From Oopsacas minuta (lineage: Eukaryota; Animalia; Porifera), in the NCBI GenBank assembly GCA_024704765.1, contig JAKMXF010000307.1, positions 248,001 through 312,000 on the forward strand: DNA of 64,000 nucleotides, read 5' to 3'. The notes below the pieces were generated by a model. It did not search any database and was not told the origin of the DNA. It was given only the letters and a program-made list of their open reading frames with translations. Positions 11,189-23,519 of this stretch are shown here, piece by piece; the first letter of the stretch is position 1, and each line of letters opens with the position of its first letter. Made by a program: the position numbers and the translations under genes.

Positions 11189-13092
11189 TGTGAAGTTATA
11201 ATTTCAAAGATATATTGTGATGATTGTAATGATAGAACGAATCTGAGTTAGAACTAGATCATTTTCTATTTATGTCCGAGGATTGCAAATATCACAGGTG
11301 ATCACACCCTGTTTGCTACATTCCTCTTTACCAAATATAGGCCTAAGAGTATTTACTTCGTGTGTGTTTACTTAATACTTACTATAACAATCTTTGGAAT
11401 TCACATCATTAAATGGATTCATGGAATCATGTCATCTAAAATTAGAATTATCTATCCAATTAAGACTTTCCGTGTGTAGATATAATTATTAGAAAATTGA
11501 TTATTAACGTGTACTTAGATTAAATTAATTAACTAATATCATACTAAATTAGGTGCAAATTGTCGGTGGTGCGAATTGTCGGTATCCGGTAGAAAAGTGC
11601 TAATTTTAAATTCTCCATCCCCCCAGAAAAATCACCGATCTACGCCCCTACGTTAGCCTGATGACGTGGCTTACCTGGTTGCGGAATGATGCAAAGATTT
11701 GTAGCAATCATTGGGGTCGTGCCCCATTTGCACAGATAGCAGTGTTTTCCAACCCCTTTTAACGGCCTACCCCTAGCTAATATAGTTCTTTTCTTAAAAA
11801 TAATATAGATGTGTTCAAAAAAATGGTGTACATATATATACGTATAAGAAACTTTTGCATAGGTAGTACTTACGAAATTGCATTAACTATCGAAATTTGG
11901 GAATGGCTATTGTGCAACCCTGAGATAACTTCCAAATTTGATAGTTTTGATTATGGTTTTCCATCCATTTTTATTAATTTGTCAACTTTTGGTTCTTCTC
12001 GTGGATTTTGGGCTCAATTCGTGCACTACATTTCGTGACAATTCAATTCGTTTTACATGTAATTAGTATTCAAATTTCTGACAGTAGTTTAGAAAGGACA
12101 GCACTGTGCGGCCCTACAAGGGCGTATCTAGTAGTTAATCAAGGTGGATATAGGTAGTGAGCGCCCAAATTCGATTAAATACCAACTACGCCCTTAAAGC
12201 GTCGCACAGGAACAGAGATGTTCTTTCCAAACTCCGTAACGAATTCATTGTATTGCATTTATCTCACAGGTCATGAGTATTACCTACAACATATACAAGT
12301 TATATTGATAATGAATCAACAGAAATATGAATTCGTTAACAAATAAGTAAGTGTAAACAATAAGGTCTTAACAAGTTAAAATATTTAGGGGAGAAATTGA
12401 AGTTAGCACTCTTCAACAGCGATTGGTCGAGAAGATAGTTCTTGAAGATGAACTCTCATTAGCTACCAATAAATTGCACATATTATTTGCCAGTTTCTCA
12501 AATTATATGGAATAAAAACACCTTCCGAGCTCGAAATAATAATAGCTCTAAAGAAATATACAGAAGATTCATACGTGTCTGCTAAAGTGGAACTGCAACA
12601 AAAGATAAACGGTAAGATTTTAAATTATATCGTAATTATGAATGTATTGAATACATATATCATAGCAGTTTAACCGAATACGGACGGGAAAATGCGTGAT
12701 TTAATGGCGTCTGCAAGGTGCAAAAATCTCGTATTTGGTGCAGGAATTGGTCAAATAAATGTGGTAAAACTCGTGTTCAGGTAATTACGAACTTAAAATT
12801 TGGCCTAAATCGTTCAGGGCAGGGGTTCCCAACCTAGGGTAAGCCAGGACTATTCCAGGGTGACGCAAGAAGGTTGAATCATTTAAGAAAATTTCTTAAA
12901 ATTTGTAATTTTGATACCATGTATTTGGAAATGATCTAAAATAATATTTTGACAGAAGAATTGCAATAGCAATATTATATTGCCTAGAAAATGAACCTAG
13001 GGGCAATGATTTAATTACTTTTCCATTACACATAATTAAGTATGAATGTCTGTCAAGCAATAGGCCTGCGAAAATGTAAATGAAATTATATA

Positions 13093-14418
13093 CAGGGTGT
13101 TTCACAATTGATGTCCTATTGATAACTAAGATATTTTTAACAAACCAACAATAAAGTTAGATGAATTCTAGTACCCTCGGTAATTGTAATGTTTGACTAA
13201 TTAAAATTCATTCCCAACTTGAAAATAGCAATATTATAGTGACTTTTAGATTTGATCAAAAGGCTACTATCAACTTGCCTCGTAAATTAAGGCAAAAGAG
13301 TATAGTATTTCGGTCTGCAGTTGTGTTGTGTGAATGCTACAAGGTGGATTAACACAAAAAATTATAGCATCGAAATTCTCAATAAAATTAGAACCATTCG
13401 TCGATGGTAGAAATTATTTCAAAGTGGATATTTGCTCGAGAGCCAGACTCCTCGTTGAAGAAAAGCGTCCGTTCCGGCTGCAAATATAATTATATCCAAA
13501 TCAATCGATAAGAGGCGGCAATCTACTCGTAAACTATCGCGTAATCTGAAGTCTCATGATTATTCGATCTCAGTTACTACTGTATATTGTTATCTGACTA
13601 AACCCAGGGGGCGTGAAATCCTCAAACGACAGAGGGAACCTCTATTGACAGAAAAACAGAGAAATTCTCGACTCTACTTTCTGTCAGGAACGGCTAAATT
13701 GGACAGCTAAGGATTGGCGGAAGGTTTTATTTTCAGACGAGTCCCCATTCGAATAATACCAGCCTTCAAATCGTAAAATAATTGCATTTGGGCTCATAAT
13801 GCATCTGATGTTGAGCCAGTAAAAATGGTGAAACAGCCAATAAAAATTCAGGTCTGGGGAATGATGTCACGTCGTGCTGTCTCTGAGCTACATATCATAA
13901 CGTCTGGTCAAACAATAACGTCAGATAATTACATATGCGAGACCCTGGAGAAAACTCTCAAATCAACACTGGCTAGATAGAGAAAAACCGGCTCCGTTTT
14001 ACAACGGAAAATATTAGAAAACATGTCGGAAGGAATTTTCTAACGATGGCGCACCTGCTCTTCATGCCAAAAAGACACAAGAATGGCTGAAAGTCAACAT
14101 CAAATGTTTTGGGAGAAAGGAATATTGCCTGGAAATTCGCCTGATCTGAATCTCATAGAAAATCTCTGGTCTATGGTTCAAAGAGAACTCGATTTAAAAT
14201 GCAGTCAGGAGACCTGAAAACGCTCGAAAAAATCTCAAATCTGCATGGTAATCTGTCTCACCGAAATATTTGAACAACATGATTGATGGAAGGACAGAAC
14301 GTATTAGAAAATGTATCAAACTTAATGGAGGCTATAATGAAAGTAATTGTATTGATATATGAATTTTTTTCAAATTATTAGTCAATATTTGATAGGTCAT
14401 CAATTGTGAAAGACCCTG
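13093..14418 (+). mobile_element. Tc1-like transposon, probably DD37E, degenerate transposase
   Basis: TIRs CAGGGT(G/C)TTTCACAATTGATG(T/A)CCTAT, TA on both flanks, 1326 bp. Motifs KVLFSDES, QVWGMMS, DGAPA and PGNSPDLNLIENLW. D-to-E spacing is 37 after restoring one missing T. Confidence 0.85.
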
Positions 14419-14648
14419 TAACTTTTACCAAAGAATCCTAAATAGTATATTATCACTCAATATATGATGGTTATTCAAGTTTCAATGAGTACTCTTTTGC
14501 AAAACTCTATCATTGACCGTAGAAAGATGGCATCCAGCACAACAAATAATACTTCACCGAAAAAACGTCATCATTCCAACATGTACATGGCTTATGGTTT
14601 CACATCAATAGTGAAAGGTGGCGTAGAATATCCTCAATGCGCCAATAA

Positions 14649-17250
14649 CACTGATATACAAAATTGTAAAGGTTTTTGATGATTAAACAAAAATAGCTGA
14701 AATTGAATCATTTGAAGGGACTGTTTATGAATGAGTTAAGTATGTATTCACAACAGGTCTATAATTTGTAATTTTCTGGTTGGAAGATTGCACCAATATA
14801 CGATTAAATATATGAAATTATACATACATTCAGGTTTATTACCTACTAAATCACACTAATATTAACTATCACTAGCGCGCTAGCTTACTTGCGCTAGCGT
14901 TCTAACACTTCGTGTCCGTACTCGGCCTTCGGCCCTCGCTTTGACTGTTAGTTTGTGTGATATTCAGAATCAGCGTACCCGATTACCCCACAATAACCGT
15001 TGAAACCACATTTCCAGGATTTTGAAATTTGTTTACCTTTTGTTTCCTATATATCCATATAAACAAGTTAAATTGATATATGACAAATCCATAAGTGTGA
15101 TTCGGATCAGCATATTCGCTAACCTTTAGTCAAGTTTCATGAAATTTGTATATTTTTCTGATTAACACCATAGATATATAGATACAAACATTTTTGCAAA
15201 TACGAATTCCACATTCCATTTCAGCTTCCTTAGCAACGGACAAACGGACAGACAACAATTGAGATTTAATAATATAGATTCATATTTAATCGTCAAAAAA
15301 TTGTTTTTTCCTCGGCTTTCTTTTGTGTAGAACATCAGGCTTGTTGTGTTTCAAACACCAACAGTGGTCCGCCATCATACTGGAATTCCATTTTCTTTGG
15401 TATCTGTGTTCAATCTCACTAATATCCTGATGAAAACGTTCGCCTTGTTCTTCGCTTAGTGCCCCAAGATTTTTTGGAAAATAATTCAGGTGTGAGTGAA
15501 GGAAATGGATTTTTATAGACATTCTCGCACCGAGCATTTTGTAATTCTCTATTAATCTCTCGACAATGTCAGCATAGTTGTCAACTTTGTGATTTCCAAG
15601 GAAACTTTCCACCACATCACGAAAGCTCAGCCAAGCTTTCCTCTCTAGGCTATTTAATTTTTTAAGAAATTCATCATCTCTGAATAGCTCCCTTATTTGT
15701 GGTCCAACAAAGATGTCACCTTTAATCTTCACATCAGAAATTGCAGGGAATTTTTTCCACGAGGTACAAAAAACTTCCACAATCCTTGAGCAATGCCTTC
15801 ACAAAATTTTCCATTAAACCAAGTTTAATGTGAAGAAGTGGTGACAAGACATCGTTAGAATCCACAAGTGGTTCTTGAATAACATTGTGACTACCAGAAA
15901 CTAAATGGTCTCGATGCGACCACACTTTCTGGACGTAATGTCGAGCGTCTGCACGGCTATCCCACAAAGACAGAAAACATGGATATTTGGTGTAACCACC
16001 TTGTTGTCCAAGAAGTAATGATATGACCTTAAGATCTCCACAAATTAACCATCGATGCATGGTGTAATTTAGTGCATCTAGGAAGACTTTCATGCTGTCG
16101 TAAGTCTCCTTAATTTGAAAAGAATGTGCAACTGGAATACACGCAAGCTTGTTACCATCATGGAGTAACACTACCTCTAAACTTCTTTTAGAGGAATCAA
16201 TAAATAATCGCCATTCTTCAGAATCATATTTCACTCCAAGCTTTTCTACCAGACCAGGAATATTTCCACAATATACAAATGATGACTGTACGTGAAAATA
16301 TTTAAGGAAATCTTGTTCTCTAGTTCAATATTTTGAAATATTCGCCCCCGGAAGTAGTAAATTCTTCTCTTTTAGACGTGAAGCAAGAATTTCTGAAGAC
16401 GATTTTGGTAAATTGAGATCTCTTATTAGGTCATCAAGATCATCTTGATCAAAAAGCTGAGGAGAATTATCATCTGATGGGAGTATGTACTCATCAGAAT
16501 CTCTACTACTATCATTGTCACTGCTAATGTCCAATATTTCCAATGGAACTGGTACAGGTAGGTCCTCTGAATGTGGAACTGGCCTAATGGCGGACGGTAC
16601 GTCTGGGTACGCAATACTGGATTTATTCTTTTTTGTGATACGATCAATTTTCGTCATGCAGAAATAACAATCCGAAAGATGACACATTGGTTCTCTCCAT
16701 ATCATTGGAACCGCAAACGGCAATTTCTTTCTCCTCCCAGCATACCACAAGCGTAAGTTCTCAACACATGTCTTACAGGCATTGTGTGGAGCCCACGGCT
16801 TATCTTGATCCCCAAGATGGCATCCAAAATATGCGAAACAACAGCGTTCTACAGCCTTTGTGATATTTTTCCGTTGGTCAGTTGTAGTATACCTCCCACG
16901 GATATAACAAAACTTTTCAGAGAATTTTTACAAACCCGAGAAGCCACAAACAATAAAATGAACAAGATAAACTAACTGTCGAGTGGAATAAAACAGATTA
17001 TAACTACTATTAGAGGAAATTTACATTACATAAGCAATTCAAACCAAATAAATGCGATAAGGGTGATGTGTAGAAAGGAATTTAGAAATATTTTGACCAC
17101 GTAGTCAATAAAGACCAACATAGCTAAAATAGAGATTTCTTACTTTTAGTACCCTTGAGAATGAAAAAATACATAATAATTCCCAATATATATCTACACT
17201 TTGTAAAAATAATAGAGAAAGAAGATCATCAAAAATGTTGTATATCAGTG
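14649..17250 (-). mobile_element. Chapaev3-like (CMC) DNA transposon, copy A
   Basis: TIRs CACTGATATACAA, flanks TAA and TTA (3-bp TWA-type target, one mismatch). It splits the Buster codons QC/LKVLS. Confidence 0.8.
15286..16947 (-). pseudogene. Chapaev3-like transposase, several frameshifts
   Basis: Motifs GDQDKPWAPHNACKTC, PFAVPMIWREP..HLSDCYFC, WRLFIDSSKRSL, CFLSLWDSRA, LHIKLGLM and SEEQGERFHQDI. The family name is from recall of the motif set and the CAC...GTG ends. Confidence 0.75.
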
Positions 17251-18215
17251 TTATCTGAAGGTTCTGAGTGACAGCAGCTTGAAACTAACCCTATTGAAGC
17301 GACTTTCTTTAGTAATCATCCCTATTTGAAAGATGATGATATAACGGTTTACAAAAGGAAAGATGAAAGTCTGAAATGAATACTCCTAGAGAACGAAGGC
17401 CATTTCTACAAACAAAATGAGTCTGCAGTTCATGCTTCATACTTAGTTTCCTATAAAGTTGCTAAAGCAAAGAGGCCACATACTAATGCTGAAGATTTGA
17501 TTATCCCATCCTGCATAGATATTCTCCGCACAGTGCTTAGAGAAGAGCCTGTAAAAAAGCTAACCTTTATATCTCATTCAAACAAGACAGTAGAAAGAAG
17601 AATTAAAGAGATATCTACAGGTATTAAATAACAAGTTATTTTAGAGATAAAAGAAGCACCCACTGAATCTTTTTTCAATACAAATTGATGAATCGACAGG
17701 TGTATCCAATTGTGCACAATTGCTAGTTTTTGTCAAGTACATTAAAGGAGGCTTAAAGAAGAAGAATTCATATTTGGTGAACCTCTGGGAACCACAGCTA
17801 AAGGTGAATATATACTTGAGAAAGTTCAAACATTTTCCAAACTGAAGGTATAATATGGAATATTGTTTGTGGAAGTACAAGTGATGGTGCACCTGCTATG
17901 TTAGGTAGTCAATAGGGGATCCAAACTAGATTAAAACAACTAAATCACGATATCAAGATTTTACATTGTATGATACATCGACATCCACTTGCTTCAAGGA
18001 CGATGCCTCAGGAACTTAGGCATATAGTCTGAGATGTTGTGAAAATGGTGAACTTGATAAAGAGTAGTGCATTAAATTCACGAATAATCAAACTATTGTG
18101 TCAAGAATTTGATTCTGAATATGAAAAGTCTTATTCTACACTGAAGTAAGGTAGTTGTCAAAAGGAAATGTCATATCAAGATTTTGTAGGTTACAAATAG
18201 AGCTCAAGGTATTTA

Positions 18216-18565
18216 TTCTAAGTTGTAAAAACGTCTTTCAATGAACACGCATTACGTACAATGCGTATTTATAATACGTATTATACGTTCAATCTACAAT
18301 AATTGATGACGCAATATCTATTATACTAATTTCTGCGTTCAATATTTTCTTCATAACAGTAATTCTCGAATTGTTAATGAGAAATCTCAGCATAGTTAAC
18401 CAAATTATATAATACTTGATAATAGTGTGACTTATACAAGTCTAACAATGTCAAAATCATATTTTTCGAGGTTAACCTATACGTATAATATTTCAAATAG
18501 ATCACGTATAACGTATTATATGTTTAATATGCATTATACATTATCGCGTATTATACAACTTAGAA
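18216..18565. mobile_element. ~350-bp MITE-like insertion in the Buster ORF
   Basis: Inverted ends TTCTAAGTTGTA / TACAACTTAGAA. Buster codons (ELKVF/LVE) resume on both sides. No clear TSD. Confidence 0.5.
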
Positions 18566-20915
18566 CTTTTTAGTCGAGATCATAGAGCTATTTCAAAAGA
18601 TTTCTTGGAATATTATCAATGAGAGATGGTTGCGTAAACTAGCCTACTTGGAGGATATTTTACTCGAATATACATACTGAATAAATCTCTTCAAGGTCAT
18701 GACGTTAGCGTAATTAACCTTTTGGTAAAAGTTCGAGCTTTCCTAATGAGAGACCAAGGTTAAAGATGGTAATATGGATATTTTGAAAACTGAGTGAAGT
18801 TTACATTAATACTACTGCCGTTAATGAAAAGAAATTATATTTGTCAGAAGTCAATGACTTGGATACGAAGTATATCAGAAATCCATCCAATACTCATGTG
18901 TCATCTCTTCCAGATTCTTTGCACGAAGAATTTCTAGATTTTTGAATGACTCCACAGCTAGTGAAATATTTGATTGAAATTCCCTGATATTTTTCTGGTG
19001 CAAAATTGCTGACTCTTAAAATGATTACTGCAAGTGCTGTGAAAATTCTTTTGCTCTTTCCTCCAACATATTTATGTGAATCGGGATTTTCTTCTATGTT
19101 CAACATTAAAACTAAATATAGGTCTCGTCTAAATGCTGAAGATGACCTAAGATGCACAATCTCTACAAAAACAAGTGGAGAACGATTGAAATAAGCTTGA
19201 ATACATGACAAGTGAGTACCTTTAGATAAATATGTGAAAATAGGTGTAAGTATTAGCAAATACTGATTAAATACAATACATGTTTGAATACAAATACAAG
19301 TACACAGAGAAGTTTATGTTAATATCAAATACAAATAATCGACAAAATTGCATATCAAATACAAATATAAATACGTATTTGCCTCAAGCCTGAGTAAGTA
19401 GAAACTAGAATACGAATTATTTCTAGACATCAAGGGTTGATTTTACGAAATGTGCCTGCGGAGATCCTTGAAGAAGATACAAACTCGATATTTGTAATAG
19501 TAATCGTAGTAGTAATTTTGCATATAAACCTTAGAAAAATAATGCTTGAACTGTCGATTGGTTAACGAGAAACGCAAATACTCGAATTAATATGTCACGG
19601 TTAATAAAAATGAAATAAACTATTATCCGCGAGTAGTTAAACCGCGAACGGCAAGGGCTGACTGTAATCTCTAGATGGGCGAAAAGAATGTGAAACACAT
19701 GAAGGTACTATCCCAATGGAATGAGAGTCACAAAGATTGAAATAATGATTGGAATACGACCCAAACAAGCGTGTATGTTAATCTCTGCGATTTGGTTCTC
19801 GAAGCAGCAATGTAGTAAGTCGGCCATAGTTCTGAATTATATAAATTTAATATGCTACTAGGGCGTGCCGTAAGCCTCGGGGGTGATATCATAGAATATG
19901 ATACAAACACTATACACACTAATTCACTATATTATATATTCAAAGTAATCCCCTCCTGCAGATACACAAAGTTTTCCAAATAAAATGGGTTAAGACTGGT
20001 GAAGGCCTTGCAGAAATTATTCTGGATTTTCCCAAATCTCATGGAATTGACATTAGTTGCTGCCGAGGTCAAAGCTATGATATCTCCTGTAGTATGTCTG
20101 GGAAATATTCCAGCATGCAGAGTATAGTACTCAATGCCAATTCACTAGCATTTTGTATTAAATGTGCCGCACAATTATTTAATCTAATCGGAGTATCAGC
20201 TGTGAATTGTTGTATTGATGCTGACAGATTTTCAGCATCTGCAACATCTCTACAACTTCTTTTCTGAGTCTACACATAGATAAAAAGCGATGGTGGATAC
20301 AATTCATGTAAGTTGCTCTGTAGTTAAACATCCTTCGGATACACGTGGGTCTGAAAAGTGGATGTAACGCATTCATGCCTTCTAGGAAATTCGTATTTTG
20401 AAGCTGCTTGTTGTCACTTAGCATCAGATCCTGATCGAAACCCAGAGACCAAACTCGAGGCAAAAATCTAAGAGAGCAAATGAAATTTATTGAGACTGCA
20501 TTACTATCAGATTAATGGAATCATAATAGATCCTGTCTCAATCCATTGAATCCAAACAGTAAATCGCTTCAAATTCAAAAGATATACTTATCAAGTGCTG
20601 CTAAGTAATTACTGTCAAAGTTTCTTAATAAACTCCATGGACTGTTGTAAGAATTTGAAAGAGAGACATTGAATGGTGGGGAAACGAAAACTATTAACGA
20701 CAAACAAGTCGTAAACAATTGCGGAATGCAAGAGATGTTACTATATTTGTGAGCAATATTCAAATGATAGTCAGAGTTAGGATAACATGACACCACATAG
20801 TGGTTCAAAGAAGTAGTTAGTAACGAAAGGCTATTTGGCGTGAGGTAGACACATGAAATGCATAAATTGAATATAGCTTATCATTTACAAGGGATCGATA
20901 AACATGGCCCTAAGT

Positions 20916-23204
20916 AGATAGATCAACAAAATTTAACTTCATTTTCTCATCAAGTATTAGAATGACATTTTCTAACCTATTTTTCTATGCTGAATTCAAA
21001 TCTACTTTCTGATTCTTTCCAGCACGTCCAGTTTTCTTCCATCTACAAGTCAACGATTTTTAGGTATTTCCTAAATTTTTCCTGTTATTTTATGGTAGTG
21101 GCTGTCTTTTTGCCTTCTTACATGATAGCCATCTGAAATAAATCAAACTTTCGATGTTTTAGATTAATGCCAAGATAATATCAGTTATTATCCTAGCTCT
21201 TACATATAATTATTCACATTCATGCATGTATCAACTACTCAAAAACTAAGGGAAAACACATATCCATCTAGAAGTAAAAGGTAGCTAACTAAATTAAAAG
21301 TGTTGAGAGTATGATTTCTTTGTATATATCTTGTTGGGATTATCTCTGAAGAGCCTCCACCAGTAATCGGACATCATGCCCTCATTCCAGAAACCTTGGT
21401 ATCGGGTTTCCATCTCCTGTATGTCTTGGTGGAATCTCTCACCTTGTTCATCACTTACAGCACCAAGGTTCTCAGGGAAAAATCAAGATAAGAGTGCAAG
21501 AAGTGAAGTTTTAGCGACATGAGAAAGCCCAACTTCTCGTATACGTTGAGCAAGGTTTCCAATCCTTCTCTGTAGTTGGACGACTTCTTGTTGCCCAAAA
21601 AGTTCTCACAAACCCATTTGAAAGAATTCCAAGCACTCATTTCTAATTCGGATAATGTCTTCTCGAAATCTGGATTCCTGAATACTTGTCTGGTTTGTGG
21701 TCCTACAAATACTCCCCCTTCTAACTTTGCCTCGCTTAATTTCGGGAATTTGCCTACCCAAGGCAGAAATCCTGCTGAATTTGTGTTACCCATTGTTTTA
21801 ACGAATGTTTTCATTAATCCAAGTTTAATATGACGTGGGGGTAAGAAAACTTTGTTTGGATCTACCAATGGCGAATGCTGTAAATTGGTTTTCCCACTTC
21901 ATAGGTTCTCTTCGGCCAATCACATTTTTTATAATGTTTACCAGTTGCTCGGCTGTCCCATAGATATAGGAAACAACAATACTTTATAAAACCAAGTTGC
22001 AAGCCCATCAATAGCCCGATTATCTTAAGATCATCGCAGATATTCCATATATGTGTTCTATACTGTATTGCCTCCAAAACTTCCTGCAAATTAACGAAGG
22101 TTTCTTTCAGATAGACGGAGTGAGCAATTGGAACGCCAGGCTTTAGATTTCCGTTATGCAACAGAACAGCTTTCAAACTGCGTTTTGACGAGTCGATGAA
22201 AAGGCGCCAATCAGAGGAAGAATGTTCTTGTAATAGGTTTGCATTGAGTCCTTCGATATCATTACAATAGCACAGTGGACCATCAGTGGTGTAGTATTGT
22301 GTGAGATCGAAATTTCGCTTGCGATAGTGGGATACTAGGACATCTTTGTCGAGTAGGTTTTTCTGTTTGAGCCTGGATGCAAGGAGTTCAGCTTTGTCTT
22401 TAGATAAGTCTAGATCCCTGACCAGGTCATTCAATTCTCCCTGTGTAAATGTTTGTGGCTCTAGTAATTCATCTTCCGGGACATTATTAGCATCTGTAGA
22501 ATCTGCATGAACATCTTCCACCATATCACACCAGATTTTAATTTGCTGTGGCTTGGGAGTTGGGATTGGTAATGAGATGTCGTGTGGAATTGGCCTGCGA
22601 GCAGGATCCAAATCTGGGTAAACAAGAGCGTGCTTATTCTTGGCTGAGAATCCTGTAATATCGATAAGGCAAAAGTAACAATCATTAAGGTGATTTTTCT
22701 GTTCCCTCCAGGCCATGGGTATTGCAAATGGCATTGAAACTTTCCTTTTATTCAACCAATCACGTAGTCCACTTGAACAAGAAGTGCATATAACATGTGG
22801 TGTCCACGACTTATCTTGGTCACCATGTGGACATTCGAAGTACAATTTGTATATGTTCTTTAATTGATTTGTGATTGGTTATCTTGGTGATTTTACGCAA
22901 AAAAGATCACAAACGTAACAGAAATTGTCGAGATGAGTTCTACAATTACGATGCATGTTTGTAATTTGATTTGCTTGAATTCAAATAAGCAAAGTCATTT
23001 ATATTCCAGATAATTGAATCAAAATAGGCATGCTCATATAGCAATTTAGTAACTAGGTAATACTATACTATTGAAAAAATGGATATTGGATTTCAGAATA
23101 ACTAGACGTGCTAGAGAAATTCTGATTGCAAATTCGAGTTCAGCATTCAAAAGTATGCTAAGATAAATGTATGTGATCTCTGATGAGAAATCTTGTTGAG
23201 TTGT
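20916..23204 (-). mobile_element. Chapaev3-like transposon, copy B (transposase pseudogene 21294-22956)
   Basis: N-terminus MHRNCRTHLDNFCYVC, then GDQDKSWTPHVICTSC, WRLFIDSSKRSL, HIKLGLMK and SDEQGERFHQDI. Degenerate TCAACAA ends. Near-identical to copy C. Confidence 0.8.
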
Positions 23205-23519
23205 CTTATTATATGGATTCATATTTCTGATTTATGAAGTTATTAAAAATTTTAATTTTTCATTTTTCCACCTTGTTGCCAGGAAATTTATCAGTATTTT
23301 GCATAACAATCACTTTGAACTCTAAATCTCGTTGTAGAGCTTACATTTATAGGTTTCTGACGTTATGAAATTTGGATTCCACACTTAATGTATTAGATAG
23401 AATATATCTATATCAATATATAACTCAGAAATTCACATATTAGAGATATTATAGTGATAAAGTCAAAAGTTCGGGATAGACATGTGTAATGATGCTTAAA
23501 TTCATGAATAAATCTGAAA

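Larger units (their letters stand above)
7086..11588. mobile_element. MULE (Mutator-like) transposon, copy 1, with internal palindromic transposase duplication
   Basis: Ends GGAATACCGACAATTCGCACC... and ...GGTGCGAATTGTCGGTATCCG. Perfect 9-bp TSD GTAGAAAAG (7077-7085, 11589-11597). 4503 bp. Confidence 0.95.
6215..11650. mobile_element. Non-autonomous hAT element hosting a MITE and MULE copy 1
   Basis: TIRs CAGGGGCGTAGATC / GATCTACGCCCCTA. Perfect 8-bp TSD CGTTAGCC at 6207-6214 and 11651-11658. Confidence 0.88.
12820..19194 (+). mobile_element. hAT Buster-type relic interrupted by three insertions
   Basis: Left end CAGGGGTTCCCAACC at 12820. Peptides KKRHHSNMYMAYGFTSIVKGGVEYPQC, ASYLVSYKVAKAKRPHTNAEDLIIPSC, DESTGVSNCAQLLVFVKY, HCMIHRH and FPPTYLCESGFSSMFNIKTKYRSRLNAEDDLR. 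Right TIR not found. Confidence 0.85.

Noticed and set aside
12119-12199. 80-bp mini-hAT (AAGGGCGTA...TACGCCCTT)
   Set aside because: Short inverted ends but no TSD, so it is not distinguishable from a fragment.
20179-20463. 94-aa minus-strand ORF as a host gene
   Set aside because: It is antisense to a degraded hAT transposase whose motifs are read on +.
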